DNA of 64,000 nucleotides, taken from a bacterium (GTDB lineage: Bacteria > UBA8248). Shown in pieces: positions 32,879 to 42,579 of this stretch. Below the pieces are notes generated by a model that was not told the DNA's origin, made no database searches, and saw only the letters and a program-made list of their open reading frames with translations. Location: positions 1,920,001-1,984,000 of the forward strand of contig CBDBBI010000010.1 in NCBI GenBank assembly GCA_965202625.1, read 5' to 3'. The stretch's first letter is position 1. Every line of letters starts with the position of its first letter. A program made the position numbers and the translations under genes.

Positions 32879-33489
32879 AGGGAGCCTCCGTTTCTATGGC
32901 CCAGTTTGTCGAGATAGCGCGCAACGAGCCTTTCCCGATCCGCCTCGTTCAATTCCCTCTTGAGCATATCCTCGGCCAGGCGCAAGGCCAGGCTTGCGGC
33001 CTGACTTTGCAACGCAGCGCGCGCTTTCGAGATTTCAAGCCCGATGGTCGTCCTCGTTTGCTCAAGCAGGCGCCGCGCCTGGCTCTCCCGCTCTTCCTCG
33101 AGCCTCGTCCGCATCTCCTCGCGCTCGCGCTCGCCCTGCTCGCGCACCCGGAGGATTTCCGCCTCCAGACCGGCCACCTTGTCCCTCTGCGCGGCAAGCT
33201 GTTCTTCCGCTTCCGCGCGCGACGCCTTGGCCTCCTCAAGCGCCCTGCGAACCCCCTCCCTGCGGTCTTTCAGGAAGTTCTGAATGGGGCGAAAAGCAAC
33301 CTTGTAAAGGATGGCCACGACGATGAGCGTGTTGATGACCTTGAAGAGTTCTTCGGTGAAACTAAATGGCTTGTGATGCGCGCCCGCCTCCGCAGCCCAT
33401 GCGGATTCGGGCGAAAACAGCGCGGCCGCCACAAACAGAACGGCCAAAAGACTCCAGTGCCACTTATCTGAAAACACAGCCTTCGTCAT
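32875..33489 (-). CDS. atpF: ATP synthase F0 subunit b
   Basis: TM helix plus P..FL..R and a coiled coil; operon position. Confidence 0.9.
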   Translation of the reverse strand: MTKAVFSDKWHWSLLAVLFVAAALFSPESAWAAEAGAHHKPFSFTEELFKVINTLIVVAILYKVAFRPIQNFLKDRREGVRRALEEAKASRAEAEEQLAAQRDKVAGLEAEILRVREQGEREREEMRTRLEEERESQARRLLEQTRTTIGLEISKARAALQSQAASLALRLAEDMLKRELNEADRERLVARYLDKLGHRNGGSL

Positions 33490-33492
33490 CCT

Positions 33493-34098
33493 TCATCCAA
33501 TCGCGCGGCCCGCAAGCCTGCTGGCGATCTCGCTCGCCAGATGGACGGCCCTGCCCTCAAGTTCGGAGGCCACCCATTTCGTCTGCTCCGCGAGAGACTG
33601 GCGCGTTTCCTCAATTTCTCGGTTCGTTCTCTCACGCATTTCGTCGATGCGCTCTCGGCTCGCCTCGCTCATCTCCTGCTGGAGGGCGATGAGGGCTTCC
33701 GTGTTCTCCCCTTCAATCTCCGCCAACGAATCTTCGTATTGGCTGACGTAGCCCGCCGTCTCGCTCCTGCCGCGCTCGGCGGCGCGCCGATCGCCAGAGA
33801 TCTCCGCATCGCGCGATTCCATGAGGCCCATCAACGGCCTAACCAGAATTTTGTTGAGGATGAAGAGCAGAACCAGAAAGTTGGCCCACTGCACCACGAT
33901 GACGACCGGGTTGAGGACGAGCGCGCCGCTTCCGATGTTGAAGCCGGCGAGCCAGCTGTCCGCCGCTCCGCCCGCCGCCCAGGATGCGGACGGCGCGATG
34001 AGCAACGCGGGAATCATCAACGCCAAACCACGCGCAAGGCGCTTGAAACGAACAAGGTGGAACATCTCTTCCTTTCCGCCACGTTCCGCATCGGACAT
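33493..34098 (-). CDS. ATP synthase F0 subunit b' (start uncertain)
   Basis: QWANFLVLLFILNKILVRPL...R coiled coil; first gene of the operon. Confidence 0.85.
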   Translation of the reverse strand: MSDAERGGKEEMFHLVRFKRLARGLALMIPALLIAPSASWAAGGAADSWLAGFNIGSGALVLNPVVIVVQWANFLVLLFILNKILVRPLMGLMESRDAEISGDRRAAERGRSETAGYVSQYEDSLAEIEGENTEALIALQQEMSEASRERIDEMRERTNREIEETRQSLAEQTKWVASELEGRAVHLASEIASRLAGRAIG

Positions 34099-34374
34099 GA
34101 AGCCACCCCCCATGAGATGCAGGCGCATCAGTCAAAACTTTTTGGGAATGGCGCATGAAGTCGCTGCGTCTCTCAGGGCGGGGTTTGACGTCCGCCGCCG
34201 AGAAAACGCCTCAACCTACCCACAGCCATGGTGGAAGTCAAGCCCTCGCGGGATTTTTTGCCGCCTCCTGAACTAGCGCTTTGAGGGTGCGCGGGGGAGT
34301 TGTGCTATTTTACGGAGAGGATGAGCAGCTTTCACTGTCGCCGATCTTCTTTATGAGGAGCGAAGAGGAGCGAA

Positions 34375-35367
34375 ATGAAATTCGTCACGTTTGAAGTTGC
34401 CACTCCCTTGGGAAAGGTCTCGCGCGTAGGCGCCCTGGGGCAGAGGCGCGATCGGCAAATTGTGCTCGACCTCGCTCACGGCTACGCCGCGCTCCTTCGT
34501 GAGGAAGGAGGAGAGCCCCGCTTTCGCGAATACGCTGACTTCAGACTGCCCCAGGACATGTGCGAACTCATGGCGGGCGGCGCGCCCTCCCTGGACGCCG
34601 CCCGTGCGGCGCAGGAGTTCATTCTGGCGGACGCCGCCCGACGCGGGCCAGACGGAGAACAGCTCGCCTTCTCTCTCGAGGAGGCGCGCCTGTGCCCGCC
34701 GGTGCCCCGCCCCGTCTCGTTTCGCGATTTTCTGATACACGAAGGACACAAGGCGGCGGGTGCGCGACGGCGCAACACCGCCATCGACCCCGTCTGGTAC
34801 GAGCTGCCCTCCTGCTACAAGGGAAACCGCCTCTCCATCATCGGCCCCGAGGATGCGCTCCCGTGGCCGCGCTACACGGAGAAACTCGACTATGAGCTGG
34901 AGATCGCCATGTTCATCGGAAAGCGCGGCAAGGACATTCGGTGCGAAGACGCCATGGGCCACGTTTTTGGCTTCAGCGCGCTTAACGACTTCAGCGCGCG
35001 CGACGTCCAGATGAAGGAGATGAAAAACTGGCTGGGGCCCCACAAGGGAAAGGATTTTGGCACGGCGATCGGTCCGTGCATCGTCACGCCGGACGAATTC
35101 GACCCCACCGAAGCGGTGATGATCGCTCGCGTCAACGGCGAGGAATGGAGCCGGGGCAACGCAGGCGACGCCTACTATTCCTGGGACAGAATGATCGAAT
35201 ATGCTTCCATGGAAGAGGATCTCATTCCGGGCGAGATGTTCGGCTCCGGCACGGTGGCCACCGGCTGCGGGGCGGACTTGGACAGATGGATACGGCCGGG
35301 CGACGTCATTGAACTCGAAATCGAGGGGATCGGCATTTTGAAGAACACGATCGTGAGAGACGCCTAG
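34375..35367 (+). CDS. fumarylacetoacetate hydrolase family protein
   Basis: LDYELE, NDFSARD, KGKDF, GSGTV; N-domain similar to 17248-18231. Confidence 0.9.
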   Translation: MKFVTFEVATPLGKVSRVGALGQRRDRQIVLDLAHGYAALLREEGGEPRFREYADFRLPQDMCELMAGGAPSLDAARAAQEFILADAARRGPDGEQLAFSLEEARLCPPVPRPVSFRDFLIHEGHKAAGARRRNTAIDPVWYELPSCYKGNRLSIIGPEDALPWPRYTEKLDYELEIAMFIGKRGKDIRCEDAMGHVFGFSALNDFSARDVQMKEMKNWLGPHKGKDFGTAIGPCIVTPDEFDPTEAVMIARVNGEEWSRGNAGDAYYSWDRMIEYASMEEDLIPGEMFGSGTVATGCGADLDRWIRPGDVIELEIEGIGILKNTIVRDA

Positions 35368-35533
35368 CCTCCAGCCGGCCATCCCGGCAGCCTCACCCCC
35401 CCCTTGTTTCAGACGAGGCCATCGCCGGGCGCACATTTCGTCTCCTCCCGCGTCTTTTCAGAGGACGTGATTTTCCTTACCCCGAGAAGATGAAATACAA
35501 TGCGTGACACGCCACCCCCGAGAGAGGACGGCC

Positions 35534-36310
35534 ATGCCATACGAAAACGTATTATATGAAGTCGATGGGCCCCTCGCCCTCATCACCATCAACCGCCCCG
35601 AACGACACAACGCCGTATCCCTGGCCACGCTGGACGACCTCCACGCCGCCATCGCCGAGGCGGCCGAGGATGCGGCCGTACGCGCCATCGCCATCACCGG
35701 GGCGGGCGAGAAAGCGTTCGCCTCCGGCTCGGACTTGCAGGAGGTCGAACATCGAAACCTCCAAATCGCGCTCACCCCCCTGGTGCAAGGGGTGGCGGAG
35801 CGCCTCGAGAGAACGCCAAAGGCGACCATCGCGGCGATCAACGGCTACTGCATGGGGGGCGGTCTCGAAGTAGCGCTGGGCTGCGATCTGCGGGTTGCGA
35901 CGCCCCGTTCAAAATTCGCCACGCCGGAGGGGAGAATCGGCATCATCCCCGGCGGCGGCGCCACGCAGCGTCTTCCCCGCCTCATCGGGCGCGCCTGGGC
36001 GCTAGAGATGCTCTTGATGGGAGAGACCATCGACGCGAAGCGCGCGCTCGATATCGGCCTCATCACCCGCCTGGTCGAAGCCGGCGAACTCATGCCCACC
36101 GTCAAGAGGATGGCCAGGAAGCTGGCGGGCTATGCGCCCTTCGTTCCCCAGTTCATGAAGGCCATGGTGCACTGCGGCATGGAGGGCGGCATGGCGGCGG
36201 GTCTGGCGCTGGAGAAGTTCGCACAGGGCGCGCTTTGCGAAACCGAGGACAAGGCGGAGGGGCTCCGCGCCTTTCTGGAGAAAAGAAAGCCGCAATGGAA
36301 GGGCAGATGA
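35534..36310 (+). CDS. enoyl-CoA hydratase/isomerase (crotonase) family protein
   Basis: ITINRPE, AFASGSDL, GGGLE, PE..IGIIPGGGATQRL. Confidence 0.92.
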   Translation: MPYENVLYEVDGPLALITINRPERHNAVSLATLDDLHAAIAEAAEDAAVRAIAITGAGEKAFASGSDLQEVEHRNLQIALTPLVQGVAERLERTPKATIAAINGYCMGGGLEVALGCDLRVATPRSKFATPEGRIGIIPGGGATQRLPRLIGRAWALEMLLMGETIDAKRALDIGLITRLVEAGELMPTVKRMARKLAGYAPFVPQFMKAMVHCGMEGGMAAGLALEKFAQGALCETEDKAEGLRAFLEKRKPQWKGR

Positions 36311-36427
36311 CATGAGAGCCAAAGCCCTGGGCGTCCTGAAGGCCTGCGTCTGCGCCGAGAACAGGGTGGCGCGCGCCGGAGATGATGCTTTGACGTTGAA
36401 AGCAAACAAACACAGAGGAGCCAAAAG

Positions 36428-37906
36428 GTGAACAAACTCTCGGGGGCTTTTTTTCTGTTGCTCGCCCTGATGGTCGGATGCGCTGCGCCCCATCGGGCGG
36501 CGCAACCCCCTCTGGCGGCGCAGGTCTCGTGCAGAGCGTGGAACACTAAGAGGTTCTTCATGCGCGCCCGCGTCGCGGACGTTTCCCGTTGTCTTGCGGC
36601 CGGAGCGGACGTGAACGCACGGACCAAGAACGGAGCGACCCCCTTGCACGTGGCGGCGCATTTCAGCAAAAAGCCCGGCGTCGTGGCGACGCTCGCGAGA
36701 GCCGGAGCAGACGTGAACGCACGGGCTAAGCTCGGAGCGACGCCACTGCACTGGGCAGCGGCGCAAAGCAAAACGCCCGATGTCGTAGCGGCGCTCGTCA
36801 GAGCCGGAGCGAGGGTGAACGCGCGGATCAAGATCGGATTGACGCCCCTCCATGTGGCGGCGCAGTTCAGCCAAACGCCTGGGGTTGTGGCGGCGCTCGT
36901 AAAGGCCGGAGCGAACCCGGCGGTAAAAGACAAAACAGGCAAAACGCCGTGGGATTACGCGAAACAAAACGTCGCGCTCAAGGGAACGGAAGTCTATCGG
37001 CGGCTGAGCGAGGGATGGACGCCCCAGCATAGGGCGGCGGCGAACAGCAACACGCCCCGTGTCGTAGCGGCGCAGGTCTCGTGCAGAGCATGGAACACTT
37101 CGAGGTTCTTCATACGCGCCCGCGTCGTGGACGTTTCCCGTTGTCTTGCGACCGGAGCAGACGTGAACGCACGGGACAAGGACGGATTGACACCCCTGCA
37201 CCGATTGACGCCCCTGCACCGGGCGGGGGCGTACAGCAAGGCGCCCGGTATCGTGGCGGCGCTCGCGAGGGCCGGAGCAGACCTGAACGCACGGGACAAG
37301 AACGGAGCGACGCCACTGCACTGGGCAGCGGCGCGAAGCAAGACGCCCGGTGTCGTGGCAGCGCTCGTGAAGGCTGGAGCGGACGTGAACGCGCGGAATG
37401 AGTACGGATCGACGCCACTGCACTCGGCGGCGAAGCACAGCAAGACGCCCGGTATCGTGGCAGCGCTCCTGAAAGCCGGCGCGGACGTGAACGCGCGGAA
37501 TCCTAAGTATGAATGGACGCCCCTGCACTCGGCGGCGCAGTTCAGCCAAACGCCGGGTGTCGTGGCGGTGCTCGTGAACGCCGGAGCGAACGTGAACGCG
37601 CGAAACAAGAAAGGAACGACACCACTGCACGCGGCGGCACTGGACAGTAAGACGCCCGAAGTCGTGGCGGCGCTCGTAAAGGCCGGAGCGGACGCGGACG
37701 CGCGGGATGAGAACGGAGTGACGCCCCTGCACTTCGCGGCGGCGCAAAGCAAGACGCCCGGTGTCGTGGCAGCTTTGATGGATGCCGGCGCGGATCCGGC
37801 GGCAAAAACCCAAGAAGGCAAAACGCCGTGGGATTACGCGAAAGAAAACGACGCGCTCAAGGGAGGGGACGCCTATTGGCGGCTGAACGAGGGGCGATTC
37901 AAATAA
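36428..37906 (+). CDS. exported (possibly lipoprotein) ankyrin-repeat protein, fusion of two ankyrin modules
   Basis: Hydrophobic leader ending MVGC; 3 + 6 repeats of GADVNAR..G.TPLH.AA..S.TPGVVAAL, each block with a CxxWNT N-cap and a TPWDYA C-cap. Confidence 0.92.
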   Translation: MNKLSGAFFLLLALMVGCAAPHRAAQPPLAAQVSCRAWNTKRFFMRARVADVSRCLAAGADVNARTKNGATPLHVAAHFSKKPGVVATLARAGADVNARAKLGATPLHWAAAQSKTPDVVAALVRAGARVNARIKIGLTPLHVAAQFSQTPGVVAALVKAGANPAVKDKTGKTPWDYAKQNVALKGTEVYRRLSEGWTPQHRAAANSNTPRVVAAQVSCRAWNTSRFFIRARVVDVSRCLATGADVNARDKDGLTPLHRLTPLHRAGAYSKAPGIVAALARAGADLNARDKNGATPLHWAAARSKTPGVVAALVKAGADVNARNEYGSTPLHSAAKHSKTPGIVAALLKAGADVNARNPKYEWTPLHSAAQFSQTPGVVAVLVNAGANVNARNKKGTTPLHAAALDSKTPEVVAALVKAGADADARDENGVTPLHFAAAQSKTPGVVAALMDAGADPAAKTQEGKTPWDYAKENDALKGGDAYWRLNEGRFK

Positions 37907-38011
37907 AGCGCGTCTTGCTTGAGAGGAGGGCGGCGCAGACGCCTTTGCGAATGCGATTTCTCGCCCGTCGGAGACGATGCTTTGACGTTGCAACAAAAGA
38001 GGAGTGAAAAG

Positions 38012-38809
38012 ATGAAGAAACTCTCGGGGGTGTTTTTTCTGTTGCTTGCCCTGATGGTCGGCTGTCCTGCGCCCGCTCTGGCCGCGCAGGTCGCGTGCGG
38101 AGAATGGAACACTGTGGCGTTCTTCGAGCGCGCCCGTGGGGCGGACGTTTCCCGCTGTATTGCAGCCGGCGCGGACCTGAACGCGCGGGAGACCAGGTAT
38201 GGAGCGACGCCCTTGCATATGGCGGCGGTGCTCAGCAAAACGCCCGGCGTCGTGGCGGCGCTCCTGAAGGCCGGAGCGGACGTGAACGCACGGGCCCAGG
38301 ACGGAGCGACGCCACTGCACATGGCGGCCGTGCTAAGCAAAACGCCCGGTGCCGCCGTGGCGGCTCTCGCAAGAGCCGGCGCGGACCTGAACGCGCGGGA
38401 GACCAGGTACGGAGCGACGCCCCTGCACTGGGCGGCGGTGCGCAGCAAAACGCCCGGTGCCGCCGTGGCGGCGCTCCTGAAGGCCGGAGCGGACGTGAAC
38501 GCGCGGGATAAGACCGGAGGGACGCCACTGCACATCGCGGCGGTGCGCAGCAAAACGCCCGGTGTCATAGCGGTGCTCCTGAAAGCCGGAGCGGACGTGA
38601 ACGCGCGGGACAAGCGCGGATGGACGCCACTGCACATCGCGGCGGTGCGCAGCAAAACGCCCGGTGCCGTGGAGACTTTACTGGACGCCGGGGCAAACCC
38701 GGCGGCAAAAAACAAAACAGGCCAAACGCCTTGGGATTACGCGCAAGAAAACGACGCGCTCAAGGGAGGGGACGCCTATTCGCGGCTGAAAGAGGGGCGG
38801 TTCAAATAA
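38012..38809 (+). CDS. exported ankyrin-repeat protein (tandem paralog)
   Basis: MKKLSGVFFLLLALMVGC leader, CGEWNT cap, 5 ankyrin repeats, TPWDYA cap; RBS GAGGAG. Confidence 0.92.
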   Translation: MKKLSGVFFLLLALMVGCPAPALAAQVACGEWNTVAFFERARGADVSRCIAAGADLNARETRYGATPLHMAAVLSKTPGVVAALLKAGADVNARAQDGATPLHMAAVLSKTPGAAVAALARAGADLNARETRYGATPLHWAAVRSKTPGAAVAALLKAGADVNARDKTGGTPLHIAAVRSKTPGVIAVLLKAGADVNARDKRGWTPLHIAAVRSKTPGAVETLLDAGANPAAKNKTGQTPWDYAQENDALKGGDAYSRLKEGRFK

Positions 38810-39099
38810 AGCGCGCCTTGAAAGGGGAGCACCGCAGACGCCTTTGCGAATACCCCCTGAAAATGACCTTTTTTCGGGGCGTAAACGGCCGTGAAAGGGT
38901 CTTGAAAAAGCCGCTCAAAGCAGGGCGTCGAGCGTGATGGCGGCGAGAGCGCCCGCGTCCGTCCATCGCTCCGCGCCCTCCCGGAACGCTCTCCCCCTTG
39001 CTTCAAGCCATGACCTCTGGCACGATTGCGCTTCGGTGGAAGCGCGACGCCGGAGGGCCGGAAAAGCCCCCTCCGGTGCCCGTAGAACAGGAAGCGGAT

Positions 39100-39552
39100 A
39101 TGGCCGAAAACCCCAGCGTCACGTTCATCTGTCCCGCATGCGGAAAAAACGAACTGCCCCTTGACGAAGCCTGCGCGCCGAACGAATCCTTCTACGTTCA
39201 ACTCGCGGAGATGGACACTTGCAAGGAAGCGAAAACGGCGCGTTTCGTGTTTGGCGATGCGTTCACGGCGGGCTTCGGCGGCGTGGTGCGCGACCTGGAC
39301 GAGGAGGGCAACGAGCGCGAGCGTTGGGCTCCTCCGAGGACGGTGATCGCCTATCACTTCGCGAGAAACGACGAGCGCATCGGACACGCCCAACCCATGA
39401 ACGACTTCTACCCCCAGCCCCTGTATCGCAACCTCTCAAAGGGCGGCGGCGTGGAGAACGTCTACGTCGCCATGACGTTCCTGCCGCACAACGAAGCCAT
39501 GACCCCCGATATGCGGGCACAGGGAGAGGCGCTCGCCAAATCCTTGGGCTAG
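39100..39552 (+). CDS. hypothetical protein with N-terminal CPAC motif
   Basis: Codon usage looks genomic, AGGAAG upstream of ATG 39100; no family recognised. Confidence 0.6.
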   Translation: MAENPSVTFICPACGKNELPLDEACAPNESFYVQLAEMDTCKEAKTARFVFGDAFTAGFGGVVRDLDEEGNERERWAPPRTVIAYHFARNDERIGHAQPMNDFYPQPLYRNLSKGGGVENVYVAMTFLPHNEAMTPDMRAQGEALAKSLG

Positions 39553-39812
39553 GACGGGCCCCGATCCAGGAGATAGCCGTAGATCCACGCCAGGAGCCCG
39601 AAAAAGACGAAGCCTATCGCGAACCCCCAGACGGCGCCGAGAATCGCTCCCAGAAAGGTGGGGGCGACGCCCGGGTAGAAGTTGCCTATCATCGCCAGGA
39701 TCTCCCCGCCCCAGCCGAACAGCGCGCCCAGCAAGGCATAGAGAAAAAACATGGCGGCGTAGATAATTCCTCCGGCCAGACCAAACTTTACGGCGTCGAG
39801 TTTCATGGGCAT
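39549..39812 (-). CDS. small membrane protein (resembles proteins annotated as holin-like)
   Basis: KLDAVKFGLAGG, FYPG..PT..GAILG.VWGF..G...AWIY hydrophobic pattern. Confidence 0.65.
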   Translation of the reverse strand: MPMKLDAVKFGLAGGIIYAAMFFLYALLGALFGWGGEILAMIGNFYPGVAPTFLGAILGAVWGFAIGFVFFGLLAWIYGYLLDRGPS

Positions 39813-39970
39813 CTCTCCGGCGGCGTGGAAATCCATTCTCTCATGCGCTATTGAATATAGGTTTGAGGGCGCATTCGCGCAAAATTGCCCGTGAATCCCC
39901 GAAAAATGGGAAAGGGGGTTTTTGCGTCAAATGGGACTGCCCACCCATCCCCAGACAGGAGATCGGCTTG

Positions 39971-40348
39971 ATGAGCGAGGAATCACGCTTCGAGAAAGGA
40001 ATGAAAAACCGCGCGAAGGTGTTTGGCGTCGAAGGCGAGGAGAGGCGCAAGGCGTTCGCGGCGGCGAGTCCCGCATTCGCCCGCTTCGTCACGGAGAACA
40101 TATACGGCGAGCTCTATGAGCGAGAGGGCATGGACCCCAAAACCAGGGAGACCGTGATCCTCTCCATCCTGTGCGCCCTCGGACGGGACAAGGAGTTCGA
40201 GCACCACGCCAAGGCGGCGCTGAACATCGGCATGAGCAAGGAGGACGTTCAGGAGATCATCATGGTGTGCGCACTCTACGCGGGCGCTCCCAACGCGGTG
40301 GGGGCGACGGAAGCCTCGCTGCGCGTTTTCAGGGAACTGGGAATCTAG
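39971..40348 (+). CDS. carboxymuconolactone decarboxylase family protein (PcaC-like)
   Basis: RFEKG..NR..V, YG..Y.R.G.DPKTRE, H.KAALNIG, YAG.P. Confidence 0.85.
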   Translation: MSEESRFEKGMKNRAKVFGVEGEERRKAFAAASPAFARFVTENIYGELYEREGMDPKTRETVILSILCALGRDKEFEHHAKAALNIGMSKEDVQEIIMVCALYAGAPNAVGATEASLRVFRELGI

Positions 40349-40351
40349 TCG

Positions 40352-41386
40352 TCACCCATCGGGGCCCAGGACGGCTCTGATTTTTTTGACGAGCTCCGTC
40401 GTGAGGCGCCGCGCCGCCTCGTCAAGGGGCGCCCTCAAGCGCGCGCCGGCGGCGAAAGCGTGGCCGCCTCCTCCAAACTTCCGGGCCACGTCATGAATTT
40501 CCACGCGACCCTTCGAGCGCAGGCTCACGCGGATGCGCCCGCTTCCCAGCTCCGAGAAGAAGGCGATGACCTCGACGGATTCTATCGAGCGGGGAACCGA
40601 AACGTATTCCTCCGTCTCGCTGCGCGACACTCCGAAACGCTCCAGCTCCTTCGCGCTGAGGGTGAACCAGGCCAGGCGTCCCCCGCAGTCGAGCGTCATC
40701 CGGCTCATCAGCGCCCCCAACAGCTTCACGGAGCCCGCGCCGTTCGATTCCCAGAAAACCGAGTAGGCTTCTCCGGGACGCACGCCGAGCGCGACGAAGC
40801 GCGACGCCCAGTTCAGAGTGCGCCTTGAGGTGTTCGTGAAGCGAAACTGCCCCGTGTCATAGACGATGGCGGCCATGAGCGCCCGGGCGATGAGGGGATC
40901 GACAAACCGATATCCCTCCTCGTCCAGGTAATCGGCGATCATCTCCCCCACCGCCGCGGCGCCCGGGTCGATGACGGAGGGACAATCGATGTTGTCTTCC
41001 TCTCGAATGTGATGATCAACGACGGCAAGGGGAAGGCCGCTAGCCGTCACCGGCACCTCGAGCTTGCCCAGGCGGCTGGCCTTGCCCGTGTCGACGATGA
41101 GGCATCCGTCGAAGCGATGCGCCCAGTCCTCCTGCGCGAGAAGATCCTCTCTGGATCGCGCGCGGCCCTCCGGGTCGAAGGAAGCGGCGAAGGCGGGCAC
41201 GTCGCCTTCGGCGACGACCACAGCCTGCTTGCCGATCCCCCGAAGGTAGCGGCTCAGCGCGATGCTCGTGAGAAAGCCGTCCCCGTCCGGCCCCACGTGG
41301 GTGAGAAGCAAAAAGCGCTCGTGCGCGGACAAAAAATCTCTCAAGGGGCGAAAACGGCTGGAGCCGTCCTCTTTCTCCACGCTCAT
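40352..41386 (-). CDS. nrnA: DHH/DHHA1 phosphoesterase (oligoribonuclease/pAp phosphatase)
   Basis: H.GPDGD, VDT, VDHH, YDTG.F, RVSLRS, GGGHAFAAG. Confidence 0.88.
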   Translation of the reverse strand: MSVEKEDGSSRFRPLRDFLSAHERFLLLTHVGPDGDGFLTSIALSRYLRGIGKQAVVVAEGDVPAFAASFDPEGRARSREDLLAQEDWAHRFDGCLIVDTGKASRLGKLEVPVTASGLPLAVVDHHIREEDNIDCPSVIDPGAAAVGEMIADYLDEEGYRFVDPLIARALMAAIVYDTGQFRFTNTSRRTLNWASRFVALGVRPGEAYSVFWESNGAGSVKLLGALMSRMTLDCGGRLAWFTLSAKELERFGVSRSETEEYVSVPRSIESVEVIAFFSELGSGRIRVSLRSKGRVEIHDVARKFGGGGHAFAAGARLRAPLDEAARRLTTELVKKIRAVLGPDG

Positions 41387-42555
41387 GGAGCTCGCTCCAG
41401 ACCCACGCGGTGGATTTGGCGCAAAACGTAAGCCCTGATCTCCTTCGCGGAAGTCTCCGGGCGGGCGCGCGCGCCGTTTTCCATGACGCTTGCGAGCTGC
41501 TGCTCCATCACGCCGCCGCAAGACGCGCAGTCCCCGTAGGGCCTGTCTATCGGTATGACGCGCTCATCCCCGCAATCGCGGCAGCGCAGCAGATGCTTCG
41601 CGCCCGATTTCTTGCCGCGCTTGGCGACCGGCTCGCCATCCACCTCGACGACGTCCATCGAGAAATCCATCGTGGACGCGGAGCTGATCGAGGTGCCCAC
41701 GCCGTAGCCGCCGTCCACGGCGGGGTTGATCTCCAGAATCTTCTCCTCGTCCAGCCCCCCGCTCACGAATATCTTGACGCGCGGGAATCCCGCCCGGTCG
41801 AGCTCCCAGCGCACCTCCTCCAGAATCTCAAGCAAGTTCCCCCGTCGGGAGGCTGGCGTATCGATCCGCACAGCCGAGAGACGATCGGTGAGCACCCGTG
41901 CCGCCGTCAGGGCTTCGAATTTCTCATCCCCGAACGTATCCACCAGCGCGACGCGCTCCACCTCCGGCTCGATGATCTCATCGAAAGCTTTCATCGCCGG
42001 CGCCAAGCCGCCCATGAGAACGATCAGCGCGTGGGGCATGGTGCCGGCCGCCGGAATCTCCAAAAGCGCGGCCCCCTTCACGAGCGCGACGCCGTCGCAA
42101 CCGCCAACGTAGGCGGCGCGTTCGACCATCGGCGCGATGGCCGGGTGCATTCTCCGCGCGCCGAAGCTCACGAGCCGCCGGCCTTGCGCCGCTATGCGGC
42201 ACCGCGCCGCCTTGGTGGCGATGCCGCTCGACTGGCACATCAGCCCCAAGACGGGGGTCTCCAGCCTGCAAAAGTCGTTGTAGATCCCCTCGATTTCCAG
42301 AACGGGCTGGAAGGGCCTGAAAACGGAACCCTCCGGCACGGCGCGAACGTTTACGGGAAACCCATCAAGGAGGCGCAGAATTTCCTCGAGACCCGCGAAC
42401 ACCCCCCAGCCAGAGGGAAGCGACTTGGCGGTGAATTCCGCGCGCACGCGCTTTTGGATTCCCTTGGCCTCCAGCACCTGGCGCGCACGCTCGAAATAGA
42501 CGTCCGTCACCTGAGCGGAGCGAATGTCGTCAAAATTCGCGGTAAACAGATTCAA
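41383..42555 (-). CDS. pncB: nicotinate phosphoribosyltransferase
   Basis: TDVYF, FGARR, GTMPH, LVDT, RIDT, SGGLD; C-terminal CxxC..CxxC. Confidence 0.9.
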   Translation of the reverse strand: MNLFTANFDDIRSAQVTDVYFERARQVLEAKGIQKRVRAEFTAKSLPSGWGVFAGLEEILRLLDGFPVNVRAVPEGSVFRPFQPVLEIEGIYNDFCRLETPVLGLMCQSSGIATKAARCRIAAQGRRLVSFGARRMHPAIAPMVERAAYVGGCDGVALVKGAALLEIPAAGTMPHALIVLMGGLAPAMKAFDEIIEPEVERVALVDTFGDEKFEALTAARVLTDRLSAVRIDTPASRRGNLLEILEEVRWELDRAGFPRVKIFVSGGLDEEKILEINPAVDGGYGVGTSISSASTMDFSMDVVEVDGEPVAKRGKKSGAKHLLRCRDCGDERVIPIDRPYGDCASCGGVMEQQLASVMENGARARPETSAKEIRAYVLRQIHRVGLERAP

Positions 42556-42579
42556 CGGAGTTTCGCCAGGGAGAACCCG

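Larger units (their letters stand above)
36377..38851 (+). repeat. tandem duplication of the ankyrin cassette including its flanks
   Basis: CGGAGAYGATGCTTTGACGTTG at 36377-36398 and 37969-37990; CGCAGACGCCTTTGCGAAT at 37934-37952 and 38833-38851. Confidence 0.85.

Noticed and set aside
36002-38320. 772-aa repetitive minus-strand ORF
   Set aside because: Antisense of the ankyrin genes; its periodicity mirrors the ankyrin repeat.
36580-38760. About 102-nt periodic repeats considered as a CRISPR array or DGR template/variable repeats
   Set aside because: The repeats are in-frame coding ankyrin units without unique spacers; no cas or reverse transcriptase gene, and no evident adenine-specific variation.
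39549-39812. Holin-like gene as evidence of a prophage
   Set aside because: No endolysin, structural, integrase or other phage genes in the window.
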